Positions 32,834 to 45,169 of a DNA stretch of 64,000 nt are shown piece by piece. Location of the stretch: NCBI GenBank assembly GCA_002269645.1, contig NIVC01000695.1:1-64000 (forward strand), written 5' to 3'. A program made the translations under genes and the position numbers. The notes below the pieces were generated by a model that saw nothing but the letters and a program-made list of their open reading frames with translations, had not been told where the DNA came from and ran no database searches. Within the stretch, counting starts at the first letter, position 1. Every line of letters starts with the position of its first letter. Origin of the DNA: Macrostomum lignano (taxonomy: Eukaryota).

Positions 32834-32847
32834 CGGTCAGGGAACCA
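32834..32847 (-). promoter_or_regulatory. PBS of element E (tRNA-Glu CUC-like)
   Basis: TGGTTCCCTGACCG on the minus strand, 1 nt after the LTR, is complementary to a tRNA-Glu 3' end (CGGUCAGGGAACCA). Confidence 0.85.
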
Positions 32848-32848
32848 G

Positions 32849-33501
32849 TGAAATATTTTAGAATGTATGTTATTGTTCTTCTTCTGGTCTCTCACTTCTA
32901 TGGCTCCTGTTCTACTTCAAATATCAATGTGAGAGCCAAATAACTGAGGCGGCGGATTCAACTGACTTTTCCTGATGATGCAAACACTTGATGGTAACTT
33001 ACAGACCGTTGTATTTGATGGTCACAATCTCGAGATGTTTTCTCACAAAATATAATGTCTAAGGTGGAATTCCAAATAAGAAGCTCGTTCGATTTAAGTC
33101 ACAAGGTGTTTCTAATTGTTCGGGCGAACCGAAGGTTCAGTCTATTGTAGAACGTGGATTGGGTGTTGGTTTAGCTTTAGTGAGTCAATTTATCAGTTTT
33201 AGCGTTTGGGTTGAGACCCTAACTGTGTTAATCAAAATTAGTCAAAAGGAGGTTGGCTAGGAGAAGGGCGAAGGAGAGAAAAGGCGAGGAGAGGCGGAGC
33301 GAGAGAAGGCGAGCTTCTTGCTTGGTTAACATGAGCTTTTATAGTACTTTTCAGTCTTGATCGCATTGGATGGTACATAACTGCTTTTCATTGGTTGAGG
33401 TTGGGGTCGTGTCCTCAGCTTTTGCTATTTGGAGCGCATTCATTGGTTAAAATACATTCAATCTGGATGGGAACTTTCTAGAGCCAAAATGTATCACTTC
33501 A
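32849..33501 (-). repeat. 5' LTR of element E
   Basis: Direct repeat of 18751-19403. Confidence 0.95.
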
Positions 33502-33505
33502 TTAG

Positions 33506-36500
33506 ACACTGGCAGCAATAGGAACATTCTAGGACGTGAAACCTGGAAACATCTGTTCACTGGCAAGAATAGTCACTTAATTAAGCAGTGGAACAATAGA
33601 ATCGTGTCATTCACGGAAGAGCCGATTCCAATTAAAGGTTCCGTAGTTATTAAAGCAACATTCGGTGATTTCGAAGAAGAAATCGAGTTTCTCTTATGTG
33701 ACGCAGAAGTAGACAATGTGATAGGCGTGACGTTTGTCCAACAATATTGTAATGCTATTGACTTTGAAGCAGGAATGCTAACTATGAAGCAGGGAACTAG
33801 AATTCCACTACGTTCGACGAGAGCTAAGCCTCAGGTTAAGAGAATCTATGTTGCAGAAAAGACGACAGTTCCAGCTAATAGTTCAGGGTTAGTCAAGGTG
33901 AGATTAGCAACAGGTAGTGAATCCAATTTCGGAGTGCCGTCAGTTGTTGAGCCGCTCAGATCAGGATTAAGAACTAGAGCAGCGAAGGTAACTGTAGTAC
34001 CAAGTCTAGTAACTTTGAGGCAAGGAGAAGCTTATTTAGAGGTCAATAACACCAGCTCACAGGAAGCTAAAGTTCCAGCATCAACACTAGTAGGGATGGC
34101 TAAACTGCTTTTAGCTAGCGAATTAAACTATCTTAAAGATCAACCAGAGAAAGAGCAGTTATGCCAAAATAGAGACACGCAGTTTTGCGAAAACATCAGA
34201 CAGGTGCAAGACAAATCAGAAGATTGGATTAGTGAGATTAACATAGGAAATGAACTGACTCAGGAACAGAGACAAAATGTGATCGAGGTCGTCAAGGAAC
34301 ATTCAGCAGCTTTCTCGCAGCACGAGTTAGACTTAGGCCGAACGCATTTAGTCACTCATGAGATTATCTTGAAGGACAACAACCCAGTTCAGATACCAGC
34401 TAGAAAAATTCCACCTCATTGGATTAAGGAGGTAGATGAGCAGTTAGATCTCATGTTGGCTAGAGGCATCATTAGGCCTAGTTACTCGCAGTACTCGACT
34501 CCATTAGTCATAGTACCTAAAAAAGACGGTTCGCTGAGATTAGTTAACGACTATCGAGCGCTAAATAACAAATCGGAGTACTTTCCGTATCCAAAAACTA
34601 ATATCAATGAAACATTTTCATGTCTCCATGGAGCCAGTCAATTCTCTACGTTAGATCTATTTTCGGTATATTATCAGATAGCTCTTAGGGAGGAGGATAA
34701 GTGCAAAACTAGCTTTCCAACTTTACATCGAGGCTCGTTTGAGTACGAAGTTTTGCCAATGGGATTGCAAGGAGCTCCAGGAACTTTTCAAAGGTGCATG
34801 AACTTAGTTCTTAAAGACATTGCGCAAAAGTTCGCCATAGCTTACTTAGATGATGTGATAGTTTATAGTGCAGACTTTGAATCTCACTTAGAACACCTGA
34901 AGGAAGTGCTCAAAAGACTAATCCAAGCTAATATGAAACTGAAAGCTAAGAAATGTCACCTTTTCAAATCAGAACTGCAATATTTAGGACACGTCATTGG
35001 CAAATCAGGAATTAAGAGAGACGCGTCAAAGTTAGGAGCGATTAGGAACTGGCCGAAACCTAAATCTGTGACAGAGCTTCGAAGTTTTCTCGGACTCTGT
35101 AATTATTATCGAAAGTTCGTTAGAGATTTTGCCGAGGTAGCAGCACCACTCTGTGAGCTAACGAAGAAGAACATCAAATGTATCCAGGACAAATGGACCA
35201 GGATTCATGATGAATGCTTCGAGCTGTTGAAGGAACGGATGTGTTCCGAAGAAGTGCTTGCTTACCCAGAGTTCAATACAGACCCCCAAGTTTATTTTGT
35301 GTTAGACACTGATGCATCAGATGTCAGAATTGGGGCGGTCTTAAATCAAGTACAGAGCGACGGAGTTGAGAAACCGATCGCGTATTATAGTCGGAAAATG
35401 AGGCAGTCAGAAAGTAGATATCCGATTACGAGGAAGGAGCTTCTAGCGATTGTTGACTCGCTGAAGTACTTCAGGTTTTACCTCGTAGGGAAACGTTTTA
35501 AGGTGTGCACTGATCACAATGCCCTAACCTGGTTGCTTCGCCAGACCGAGCAGACAGGCATTTTAGGTCGTTGGATCGAGAGACTTAGCGAATTTGATTT
35601 TGAGATTGAGCATAGAAGTGGCCCTAAGCATGTGAATGCTGATGCTCTATCCAGGATCCCGGATCCTCAACAGGATGAGTCATCCCCATATGCCAGGTCG
35701 CTTAGCTGTAGGGCAACTGTGAACACAGACCCAGCATCAGCTGTTACTGTGAGCTCAGGCAATTCCGCGCAAGCCGAAACCTGTAGTCTGCACAGTGGAG
35801 TTACGTCATGCTGTTCGCCGCAGAATATGGCGCCGAACCGACACAATACTCCGAGTTTTAGTAGCAGGTTGCTAAGCAAAAGGCAAGAACAGGAGCCTAA
35901 GGAAAGGACAGGTGTTTGCAATGCACTGCTGAGTGATTACCTTCGTAGCCCAGTGCGTCGCGAAAATTTGGTCGCAGCTCAGCTAGCCGACCCCGCACTA
36001 AGCTATGTCAGGAATCTGATTGAATCTGACTTGCCGAAACCGAACTTTCAAGAAAGACTAGAATTGTCTCATGAGATTAGAAATCTGCTAGGTTACTTTG
36101 AACTCTTCAGGATAGAAGACGGTGTTCTCAGAATAGACTTAAATTTAGGGCGGACCGAATCTAAAGTGGTGTTGCCCAAGTCTTTGGATGGTGAAGTTTT
36201 TCACGAATTCCACGATTCACCGTTAGCAGGTCATCTAGGAAGAGATAAAACTTATCAGCGAGTTAAAGAAAGATTTTGGAGAGTAGGATTAGCTACAGCA
36301 GTCGAAAAGTACGTCGCCAAGTGCAAATCCTGTTTAGAAAGTAAATCAAGGAAGCGATGCAAGGCACCAGTGCAGAATTTTCCTATTGTCGAACCGTTTT
36401 CACGCCTTCACATTGATTTGATAGGTCCGATTAGTCAGACTAGCAAATCTGGTAACAAATATGTCTTGTCAGTTATTGACAACACTAGCAAATTTCCATT

Positions 36501-37310
36501 TGCGTTTGCAATTAAAAATCAGAAGGCGAAGACAGTAATTAAAATTCTGCAGGAGCGAGTTTTCGCCGACTTTGGAATACCTCAGTGGATTCACACAGAT
36601 CAGGGAACACAGTTTACAGGGAGAGCATTTAAGAAATTTCTGGACCTCTATGGGATTAGGCACACTAGGACAACAAGCTATCATCCACAAAGCAATGGGC
36701 TAGTAGAAAATTTAAACAAACAAATTAAGTCAATTCTTACCTGTTTGCTTGAGAAAGAACATGCGAACTGGGATGTTCTTTTGCCCGGTTGCATAACCGC
36801 ATTGCGCACCAGCACGCATACAGCCACAGGTTTCAGCCCGCATTATCTTGTGTTTGGAAGAGAGGCCCGGATGCCGAGTGACTATGTGTTCCAGCAGCCA
36901 AAGGCGTTCGCCGATCTGCTGCTTATGTTCAAGAGCACTTGACTCACCTGCAAGAGGGGCAAGAACTCGCCAAACAGCGGCTCAAATTAATACAACGTAA
37001 GCGTGAGCAGCACTATTCTAACAAACCTAAACAACCAGACTTACCTATAGGGAGCTTAGTTTTCATTAACAACCCAGTCATCACACAGACAGAAGCCAAC
37101 AAGTTCCACAGGAAAAGAAGAGCAGTCTACGAAGTCATAGAGCAGCTATCAGAAGTAGTTTACAGGATTAGATTATTACACAAGAGTACTAAGGTTAGAA
37201 AAGAGGAATTAGTCATGCATAGGGATAATCTACTACCAGTACCAACAGCCGATTACGTTAATGAGGAAGAAAAGCCAGAAAGCAGTTGTGCCAGGCGACC
37301 GAAACTTTGA
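33506..37310 (+). pseudogene. pol: Gypsy A pol (PR-RT-RH-IN). Its N-terminal part lies at 18438-18750, split off by element E. Frameshift near 36940
   Basis: Rejoined LLDTGS. YLDD, FVLDTDASD, YPITRKELLA, GHLG H2C2 zinc-binding motif, HIDLIG/TDQG DDE core. Confidence 0.93.
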
Positions 37311-37617
37311 GAAGATGTACCGCTTAATCCGATGTACGACACAGCCGACAGTGAGAGTGAGCATGAAGACGAAGTGCAGTTTGTGCCAGTGCAAATTCAA
37401 AATAATGTTCCAGTGCCAGTGCAGGTTATGCCAGTGCAGGATATACCAGTGCAAGATATGCCATTACAAAATAACGAACAGCCAGTAGTCGAAAATAGAC
37501 CAGTTAGAGATAGACGGGAGCCGAATAGATTAGTAATAAACCCAGGCCGGAAGAACTATGTGCAGAAGGTAACGGAGTTGTTTAACCCCTACCTGCTCTT
37601 CCAGCTCGAATAACATT

Positions 37618-38409
37618 ATGGCAGACGCCCCCGAGCGCGTATACCCAGTTAAGTCTATTTACTCTGGAAGAAAGATACGAAGGAACGAATCCGACGAGAA
37701 TGAGCCGCCGAGGGTTCGCTCGGCGAGGGTCATCGAAGAGACGGATAAGATCCAGAAGGACCACCCACGTGAAGAAGTTGAAGGCAAATTGACAATAGAT
37801 TTGGAAGGCGCAGACCTGGAAGAGGCAACCCGAAGGCGTGAAGAAGAGTTAAGAAAAGAGCAGGATGAGTTCATGGAGGCATTATTAGGGGTGGAGCTGC
37901 CAGAAATCGAGGAACTGCCCAGCCCCATTGCCAAAGCTCCGACACCGGAGGTACCGCCACAGGAGCAGGTGCCAGCACCCGATGCCGAAGAGACCCTCCT
38001 AAATGTTGCCAATCTCTTCCAAGAGGAGCCACCGCAGCTGCAGCATGCTGACGAACAGGCCGGTGCAAGCACCAAGGAGTTTAGGCTGAACACAAAGGCA
38101 ATTAAAAAGTGGTTACTACGTACAGGAGAATCGGGCATTTACGACCCCACGGTGCCGCCGGAGTGTTCTCGTTTCCTGGCCAAGGCTACAGCTGCACAAA
38201 AGGTCCAGAGCCTAGAGATCGCTTGTACATACACCCTGCAATACGCAGAGGAGAGAGCAAAAGGGCCAATCTCACCCTACCAGGTGAGTAATCATCTCAT
38301 CGCCCTAACGGAACTATTTGACCCAGAACAACGGAGGACGCCGGCAGCCGGGCTACTCTACCAGTGCTCTCAGCGCGCGCCAACTTGCCGACCGGTAGGA
38401 CAACTTTAG
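37618..38409 (+). CDS. Gypsy A extra ORF3 (acidic, unknown function)
   Basis: 263-aa ATG ORF between integrase and the PPT. Its N-terminus is homologous to 58913-59401 of element B (MADAP.R.YP.K...NEPPR.R). Confidence 0.65.
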   Translation: MADAPERVYPVKSIYSGRKIRRNESDENEPPRVRSARVIEETDKIQKDHPREEVEGKLTIDLEGADLEEATRRREEELRKEQDEFMEALLGVELPEIEELPSPIAKAPTPEVPPQEQVPAPDAEETLLNVANLFQEEPPQLQHADEQAGASTKEFRLNTKAIKKWLLRTGESGIYDPTVPPECSRFLAKATAAQKVQSLEIACTYTLQYAEERAKGPISPYQVSNHLIALTELFDPEQRRTPAAGLLYQCSQRAPTCRPVGQL

Positions 38410-38998
38410 TAAGTGGTATAATAACTAGAATTAACATTTCAGTTTTAGTAATTTCTACACAATTAAAAAGCTTTAATTTTCTTCTTTTCGATGTTGTATG
38501 CATTTTTCTACACAGTGCCATAGTGCCATTTATTTTTTTTTCCTTCCCTCAAATTGTTGCACCGCTTCTTTGCCTTACATATATATTTAAATATCGATTA
38601 TATTCAGGAAGAAAACCTATATGGTCATTGCCTATTTCATTAATCCCATTATGCTCAATTATTACTGTTCAATGCTCACATACTATTGCTCAACTAATAT
38701 TGTATGGCTTAATTATCGTCGTTTACTTTCATTAATCATGTACTCGTACTGTTTTATTACTTTTGCTGATAGTATGCTATTATTATTACCTATACCGTAT
38801 ATTACTAATTAATCATACTATGTTCCATACTATGCTATGCTACAACTACTCAGTTATTATTATTGCTTAATCATGCTCATTATATTGCTTATATTTAGTC
38901 CATGCATGCCACTACTAATACTGTCTGAATTACTTGAAATAAACCCGATATTAACTAAATATGCAAAGGGGATTGCACATTTTTTTAGTGGGGGTAAG

Positions 38999-39224
38999 TG
39001 TAGTAGGGGGGTTTAGTTCAAGCAGTTTTGCTAAGGGCGTTTGCCAAGGTTTCCGATTCGTCGAGATAATTATTTTTAGTTTTTGAAATCGAGAATAAGC
39101 AGTTTTGCTTTTACGCTACTGTTAGTAGTTCACCCTCGGGGAAATATCTGAAGTTGTGGGAATTCGAGTATTAGCGGGTTCCTCTATTAGTAGAAGGCTG
39201 TTTAGCCTCGGAAGAAGCATCCGT
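38999..39224 (+). repeat. 3' LTR of Gypsy A, left part (interrupted by LINEs), preceded by PPT AGTGGGGGTAAG
   Basis: Matches 16177 onward. Confidence 0.92.
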
Positions 39225-39259
39225 AAAGACGGGGCGGCGATCGCCGGTCCTACGCTGAA

Positions 39260-40680
39260 ATGGCGGCGAACAACAACCAAGATAGATCACGGCCCCCGAA
39301 CAATAACAGGGGAAGTAGTAATGTGGTACCAGTAGTGTTCAACACTGCGGCAGAAACGAGTCAAATTGATTTTCTAAAGTGGCTCGCGACCAACTTCCAA
39401 GGGTCGGCCCGGGCTACACTCACCAAGAAGTTGACCCATGAAGTCGGCTTCCTCGTGTTTCCGGCTACTCCGCGTGACCACCAGTTGTTCCTGCGTGGGC
39501 CTCTGCGTGAGCCCCAGTTCGCGGGGGGCCGGTGACGAGGCGCTTACCAAAGGCTCGACCGGACCCAAGAGCTAGGCCTGCTGCGCCACAGCGACCAATG
39601 ACCCGAGCGGTCCACTCGTTCGTGGTGCGCGGCGTGCCTCCGGAGGTCGATGCCAGCGACTTCAAGCGGCACCTGCAAGAAAGCGCTGGTCTTAATATCA
39701 TATCAGCTAGCCGTATCACTGCTAGGCGAGACAACAAGCCTACTAACCTAATCAGAATCTTTGTCCGTAACAAACAGACAGTGGACGCCTGTCTAGCTAC
39801 AGGAATCGTCACGGATTTTACAACATACCAGTGCGAGCCGAACAAGACCGCAGCTCCGGCACGAGCACCGCAGTGCCAAAACTGCCAGCGCTTCGGTCAC
39901 CACGCCCAGAGGTGCAAGGCGGCCAAGCGTTGTCGAATCTGCGCGGCCGAGCACCACTGGCGAGACTGCGACAGCCAGGACGCGGTGAAATGTGCCAACT
40001 GCAAGGAGCCGCACAGAGCAAACTACCGCAACTGCCAGGTGGCGATCGATTGCCACAATGCGGCCCAAAGGCGTGCGGCTGCCTACGCAGCGGGCGCCCG
40101 AGAAGCCGCGGCAGAAACAGACAGTTCGACCGCTCCACCACCTATTGCAGCAGCAGCGGCGGTAGTAGCATCAGCAGCATCAGCAGAGGCAGCGGCAGCA
40201 GCGGCGCCACCCGCCCCCGCCCCCGCACTGGCACCAGCTCCGGCAGCAGCACCGAGATGGGTCGACGCCGCAGCACGGGCGACAACGGCGACAGGGGGCA
40301 ACGATTCGTTTTGGCTCACCGGCCCTGGCCTCCCTAGCCGAAAGCGCCCTGTGCGCAAATCGACCGACTCGGAGACGCAGACAACTGCGCCGGATGAATC
40401 CTCCAATAATGACACGCCGCCAATTGCCAGAGAAGTCTCCCAGCTTCAGGGACTGGTGAGTGGGTTCCTTCCCCTCTTGGTCCAGGCACTTGTAGAGGTG
40501 CTGTCGACTCTCTGGCAGAGCCCGGCTGAACGGCCGCCTACTACCGAAAGCTCCCGTCAAACGGTGCAAGATGTAGTAGGTAGGGTTCTGGCCCGGATCC
40601 TCGAAGGCGAATCGAACAGTCACCAGGGTCTTGGTCAGCTGCTTGGCGCCTCCCGGCGACAGGCGGATGGCCAGACCTAG
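39260..40680 (+). pseudogene. LINE copy 1 ORF1 (RRM-like region + three CCHC knuckles), truncated upstream of SYAEMA, frameshift near 39525
   Basis: CQNCQRFGHHAQRC, CRICAAEHHWRDC, CANCKEPHRANYRNC. Aligns to the C-terminal part of ORF 45170-47974. Confidence 0.88.
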
Positions 40681-40688
40681 AGCAATAA

Positions 40689-43567
40689 AGGATAAATATT
40701 TTCGGTAATAACGGGCACGATAGCTCGAACCCCACTGCCTCAGGGCTAGAGATAGGCCACCTAAACTGCAGGGGGGTAATACCGAAACTAAAGGAACTCA
40801 GGCTCTGGGTCTCAGATCAGAAATTGGATATTGCGTTGTTCTCTGAGACCATCCTGAAAAATACCCAAGTATGCACTTTCCCGGGCTATGCTGCAGTGCG
40901 GTTTGACCTTCCGAATACGAAGCGCGGACTCCTCCTTGTTCACACCCCACGGGTTAAGGTAGCTGACGTCCAGCTCTCGTACGACAACGTCAACCACGAG
41001 GTCCTTACCTGCACAGTCACTCCTGTTGACGGCGCATGTCCTCCTTTCCAAATATCCCTGGTCTATCGGTCCCCGTCGCCGGACAACCTCGACACTGCAC
41101 TCTTGACGAGGCTGTCCTCGGCTAAATACTAGCTCATCATGGGAGACCTCAACGCTAGACACAGCTTCTTGGGTGGTGAAAGTCGCAACAACAGAGCAGG
41201 GCAGCAGCTCCACGATTGGCTCTGCGGCGATCCGTCCCACCGCCCCACCGTTCTCAACCAACCAGGCCAGTTCACTAGAATAGCCCACCGGCAAGGCATT
41301 GTGTCCCGGAATGTGCTCGACCTTGGGTTAGCCTCCGGTGACCTCGTCCCATATGTCCAAGACTTTAAAGTGGGCTCTGACCTGGACAGTGACCATCTCC
41401 CAATCATACTCACCCTGGCGAGTAACTCTCCAGATTGGCAAGGGCCGGAGAAGGCTAGGAACTTTGCCAAGGCAAACTGGGAAGAGTTCCAAAACTCTTT
41501 GATGGAAAAACTGGTACATGCGTGGCCTCCAGACCTTAGTACTAGGCAGCAAATTGATGCAGAGGTCGACGTCATCACGAACGCAATCCAGAAAACCATC
41601 GAGGACAATGTCCCGGTTAGAAACAGCCGTAGAGCCCTCCCCCAGAGGATCATTGCCATGATCAAGGAGAGGAGGAGGCTCCGGCGTCAGTACCACAGTA
41701 CCAGGGACGACAATTTTAGGCTGCTCGCGAATAGAAAGGCGAAAGAAATAAAAAGCGCTATTCATTCGTTTGAGCAAGGCCAGTTTACCCAAATGTGCGA
41801 GAAAATAGTTGAAAAAAGTCAATGCCGGAATGTCAAGGACTTCTGGCAGGACACAAAAAAATTGATGGGGCGTAAGAAGGGCACCACTATCCCGTCCTTA
41901 AATGATAGCGCCACCCTCGCACATACTGACTCAGACAAAGCTGATATGCTAGCGAGAGCACTAGATGCCAAAATGCGCCCGATTCCATCGACTGACGAGG
42001 ATCTGAAGAAGAGGGTTGAGCAGGCTATGAAGCTCCCCATCTTTAGACCAGTCCCCTCGGGCGTAGATCCACACATGGGCCACCCCCTGGAGGCTCCGTT
42101 TTCTGTTACAGACACCCTCTGGGAGCTGGACCACCTAAAAGTTGATAGTGCTCCGGGCCTAGACAAAGTTCCGAACTGCGTCCTCAAATATGGCCTGGAA
42201 CCTATAGCTGTCACCCGCATCACTAAACTCTTTAATGATTGCTATCGAACGGGCATCTTCCCATCGCAGTGGAAAAAAGCGGTGGTGACGATGATTCCTA
42301 AACCTGACAAACCTCCTGAATCCCCGGGATCCTATCGGCCCATCAGCCTGACCTCCTGCCTCGGCAAGGTGTTCGAGAAGTTATTGGTGAGGAGGCTGAT
42401 GAAGCATCTTGAGGGCCAGGGTATCCTCGGCGCGGATCAATGTGCGTACCGGAAGGTTCACTCAACTTATGATAACCTTGTCCGCCTCGTCCAAGACGTC
42501 CAGGTGGGCAAAGCTAAACTAAAAAGGATTCTGGCCATCCTCCTTGACGTGCAAGCGGCGTTCGACTCAGTGTGGTATGACTTCCTAAGGTTCAGAATGC
42601 ATGAAGTTGACACACCGGACGCCCTCGTCAGGATCTGCTCGGACTATCTAGCAGACAGGCTAATGCAGGTGAGGGTTAACGGGGCGCTCAGCCAGCCGTA
42701 TGAGCTGCAGGCGGGCGTCCCCCAAGGCGGCATTCTGAGCCCCTTCCTCTACCTGCTTTTTATCAGCACTATGCCTAGGCCGCAACATCAAAACCTCAAG
42801 CGAAGCCAATTTGCCGATGATATGGCCATTTGGGCCTCGGCGGACTCCTTTGCTGGCCTCAAGACACTCCTGCAACCCTACCTGGACTGCGTGTGGAAGT
42901 GGTGTGGGGGGCAGGGGATAAATATCAACGCCAGCAAGAGTCAGGTTATCGCTTTCAATTATAAGCCAACTCAGCGACTCGATCTTCGCCCCAAGCTGAA
43001 ACTTGGAGGCACGAGTCTTGAATACCAAGAAGAGGTCTGGTTCCTTGGCATGAACCTGGACTATCGGCTGACCCTCAACTCGCATGTTGAAAGAGTAGTC
43101 AGCCACGGCCGGGCGCTTGCCCTGTCCATCAACCGCATTGCCAAGCTGACCCGGCTAAGCAGCAATACCCTTAAAATGCTATATAGGGCATATGTTGAGA
43201 GTGCGCTGACCTACGGTGCCCCGGTGCTGAACATCATTGCACCCAGTAATCTCAACAAGCTCCAGAAAATCCAAAACTTAGCTCTTAGGATCTGCTATGG
43301 TGCCCCTAGTTACACCCAGGTAGCCTACCTGCATGAGCTGGCAGCCATGCCTATGATGGCAGATAGGATTCGTGCCCTGGGCGTAGGCTGGCTCTCCAAG
43401 GTGAAGGCTGCTGGGCACCACGATTTCCACATGGAGCCGGAACTCCCTAGAGCTGCCCGTAACCGCCCCCAGTGCTGAACCTGCTATGGGACAGCCTGAA
43501 GAGGAGGCAAGCAAATAGACAGGCAGATGCAAATGCGGCGGCCCGCGCGGCCCAAAACCCGCCCTAG
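40689..43567 (+). pseudogene. LINE copy 1 ORF2 (APE endonuclease + RT, no RNase H), in-frame TAG at 41130-41132, frameshift near 43470
   Basis: HLNCRG, FSET, MGDLNA, SDHLPI, YRPISL, LDVQAAFD, GVPQG, QFADD. Confidence 0.92.
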
Positions 43568-45169
43568 GTCTACTAGGTTTGCTGCCCCAAAAGTTTAGAG
43601 TGCCCCCAAGACAGTGGCTTCCCTTCCCTATTACTCTGGACCTAGCCGTCTGTCCGTGCACAAATAGAAGGACTAACATAAAAATAGGCGTTGACGGTAG
43701 CGGAAAGTGCTGGACCAGGCGGGTGGGCCTATGACCCAGTAACTATACAGTACAAATAGCTGTGCTTACCTGATAGTACTGCCGGTAATTCTGTGATCCG
43801 CTGTAGACCTCTTCCTGATCCCGCCTCTCTTTACCTTTTTATAATCCAAAAATTTTAAACTGCAAATGCTTCTTTTACATCTGGCTTTTGCCTTGTTTTT
43901 TATTTTACTCTTATTTTTATCCTAACCCAAATATGTAAATATTGCTTTTATACATAATTTTTAGTCACATGCGCCAACCAGGCCAAACCAATACACTTTG
44001 CAAAGGAGCTGCTACTAGTAGTAGTCCCTGCCGCTTAGCTAATGTATCATAACCCAATCAAACACAAATATTTAAATACTGATTTTAAAACCATCGCGCT
44101 GATCCCCCTTTTTGGTCCAAAATAGCTTTGTGAGGACCCGCCCCATTTTCCGTAGAGCCCCCCACTATTAATCAGTTGCGACCAATACTTTTTATTTATC
44201 CCAAATTGTAAATAGTTCAATATTAAGCAAATCTTTTATTAAATTTCTTTTATTCTCTTTCGCTATACCAATATTCGCATTACCTTTTTAAAATCACATA
44301 TTACATAGGCAGAGCCCTACCCGGGCTGATCCGAGAGTCCTACTTTGACTCGCTCGTTTAACAACAACAAAGACGGTCTCTTTATTCTGCTTTTTCTGCT
44401 TTTTTTGAGGCCTACCTCTTGTTTCTAGCCCAAAAATTACCTTAGCCAGCTAGATTTTTAATTTTACACTACTTAGATAGCAAAAACTTAAATTAATTTC
44501 TCTAAGCCTCAAATTTAATTCTAAAATTTTTTTAATAATTTTCATTAGCTGCAGCTTGACTAGTTTTTTCTTTTGAGACCAGGCTCAGCTCCAAATTCCA
44601 AAAACTAACTGAATTATTTAAAATTTAAAATTTACACTAATTAAATAGGCCAAATTTAAAAATTCAATTTTGCAGCAGACCCCTGCTCAAAATTTTCTAA
44701 GTACTTAATAACTTTCCCTAGGCCATCTAAGCTTCCTTTTAAAGTAGCAGTGTGGTCCTAGATCTATCTCTAAATTACCGAACTTAGCATAAAAAAAAGC
44801 AAAAAATCCAAAATAATTAAATTGTAAAATTGCAATACATTACTGCATATTGTAACCTTTTTATTTACATATAAAGTACCAATCTACATTTATATTATTT
44901 ATTAAACTGTTGCTGGACAGCCTTCTTGTCTTCCTCTTTAAATAACTTGCTTAGCCAGGTCCTAGGTCAATTCTTTCTTCTCCGGAGACCGTCTGTGACA
45001 AATTCCTCCTACAAGGCAAGAGTCACAAACCAAACCAATAATTAATTGCTACCAGCCTAATAAATTTTAACTCCCCAATATTCTTAAAAGCTGTGTACTA
45101 AAACTTTGTGTGGTGCGCAACTAAAAAATATCCCATTAGAATTTTTAATATCTATCTTATAGTCTAGTA

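Larger units (their letters stand above)
18751..33501 (-). mobile_element. Envelope-bearing Gypsy LTR retrotransposon / endogenous retrovirus-like element E (14751 bp)
   Basis: 653-bp LTRs (TGAA...TTCA) with no differences seen by eye, TSD TTAG (18747-18750 and 33502-33505), tRNA-Glu PBS, PPT, PR-RT-RH-IN order. Confidence 0.95.
39233..44368 (+). mobile_element. 5'-truncated Jockey/I-group LINE (copy 1), defective
   Basis: ORF1 remnant, APE-RT ORF2 and (AAC)n tail. Flanked by the 8-bp direct repeat AAAGACGG (39225-39232 and 44369-44376). Confidence 0.9.

Noticed and set aside
40681-40705. Both LINE ORF2s lack an in-frame AUG before the endonuclease (also 47975-47997)
   Set aside because: The copies align as AGG ATA AAT ATT TTC GGT and AAG ATG A-C ACC TTC GGT. 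An ancestral ATG AAY AYY TTC start with a G>A change in one copy and a 1-bp deletion in the other explains both, and both copies have other lesions.
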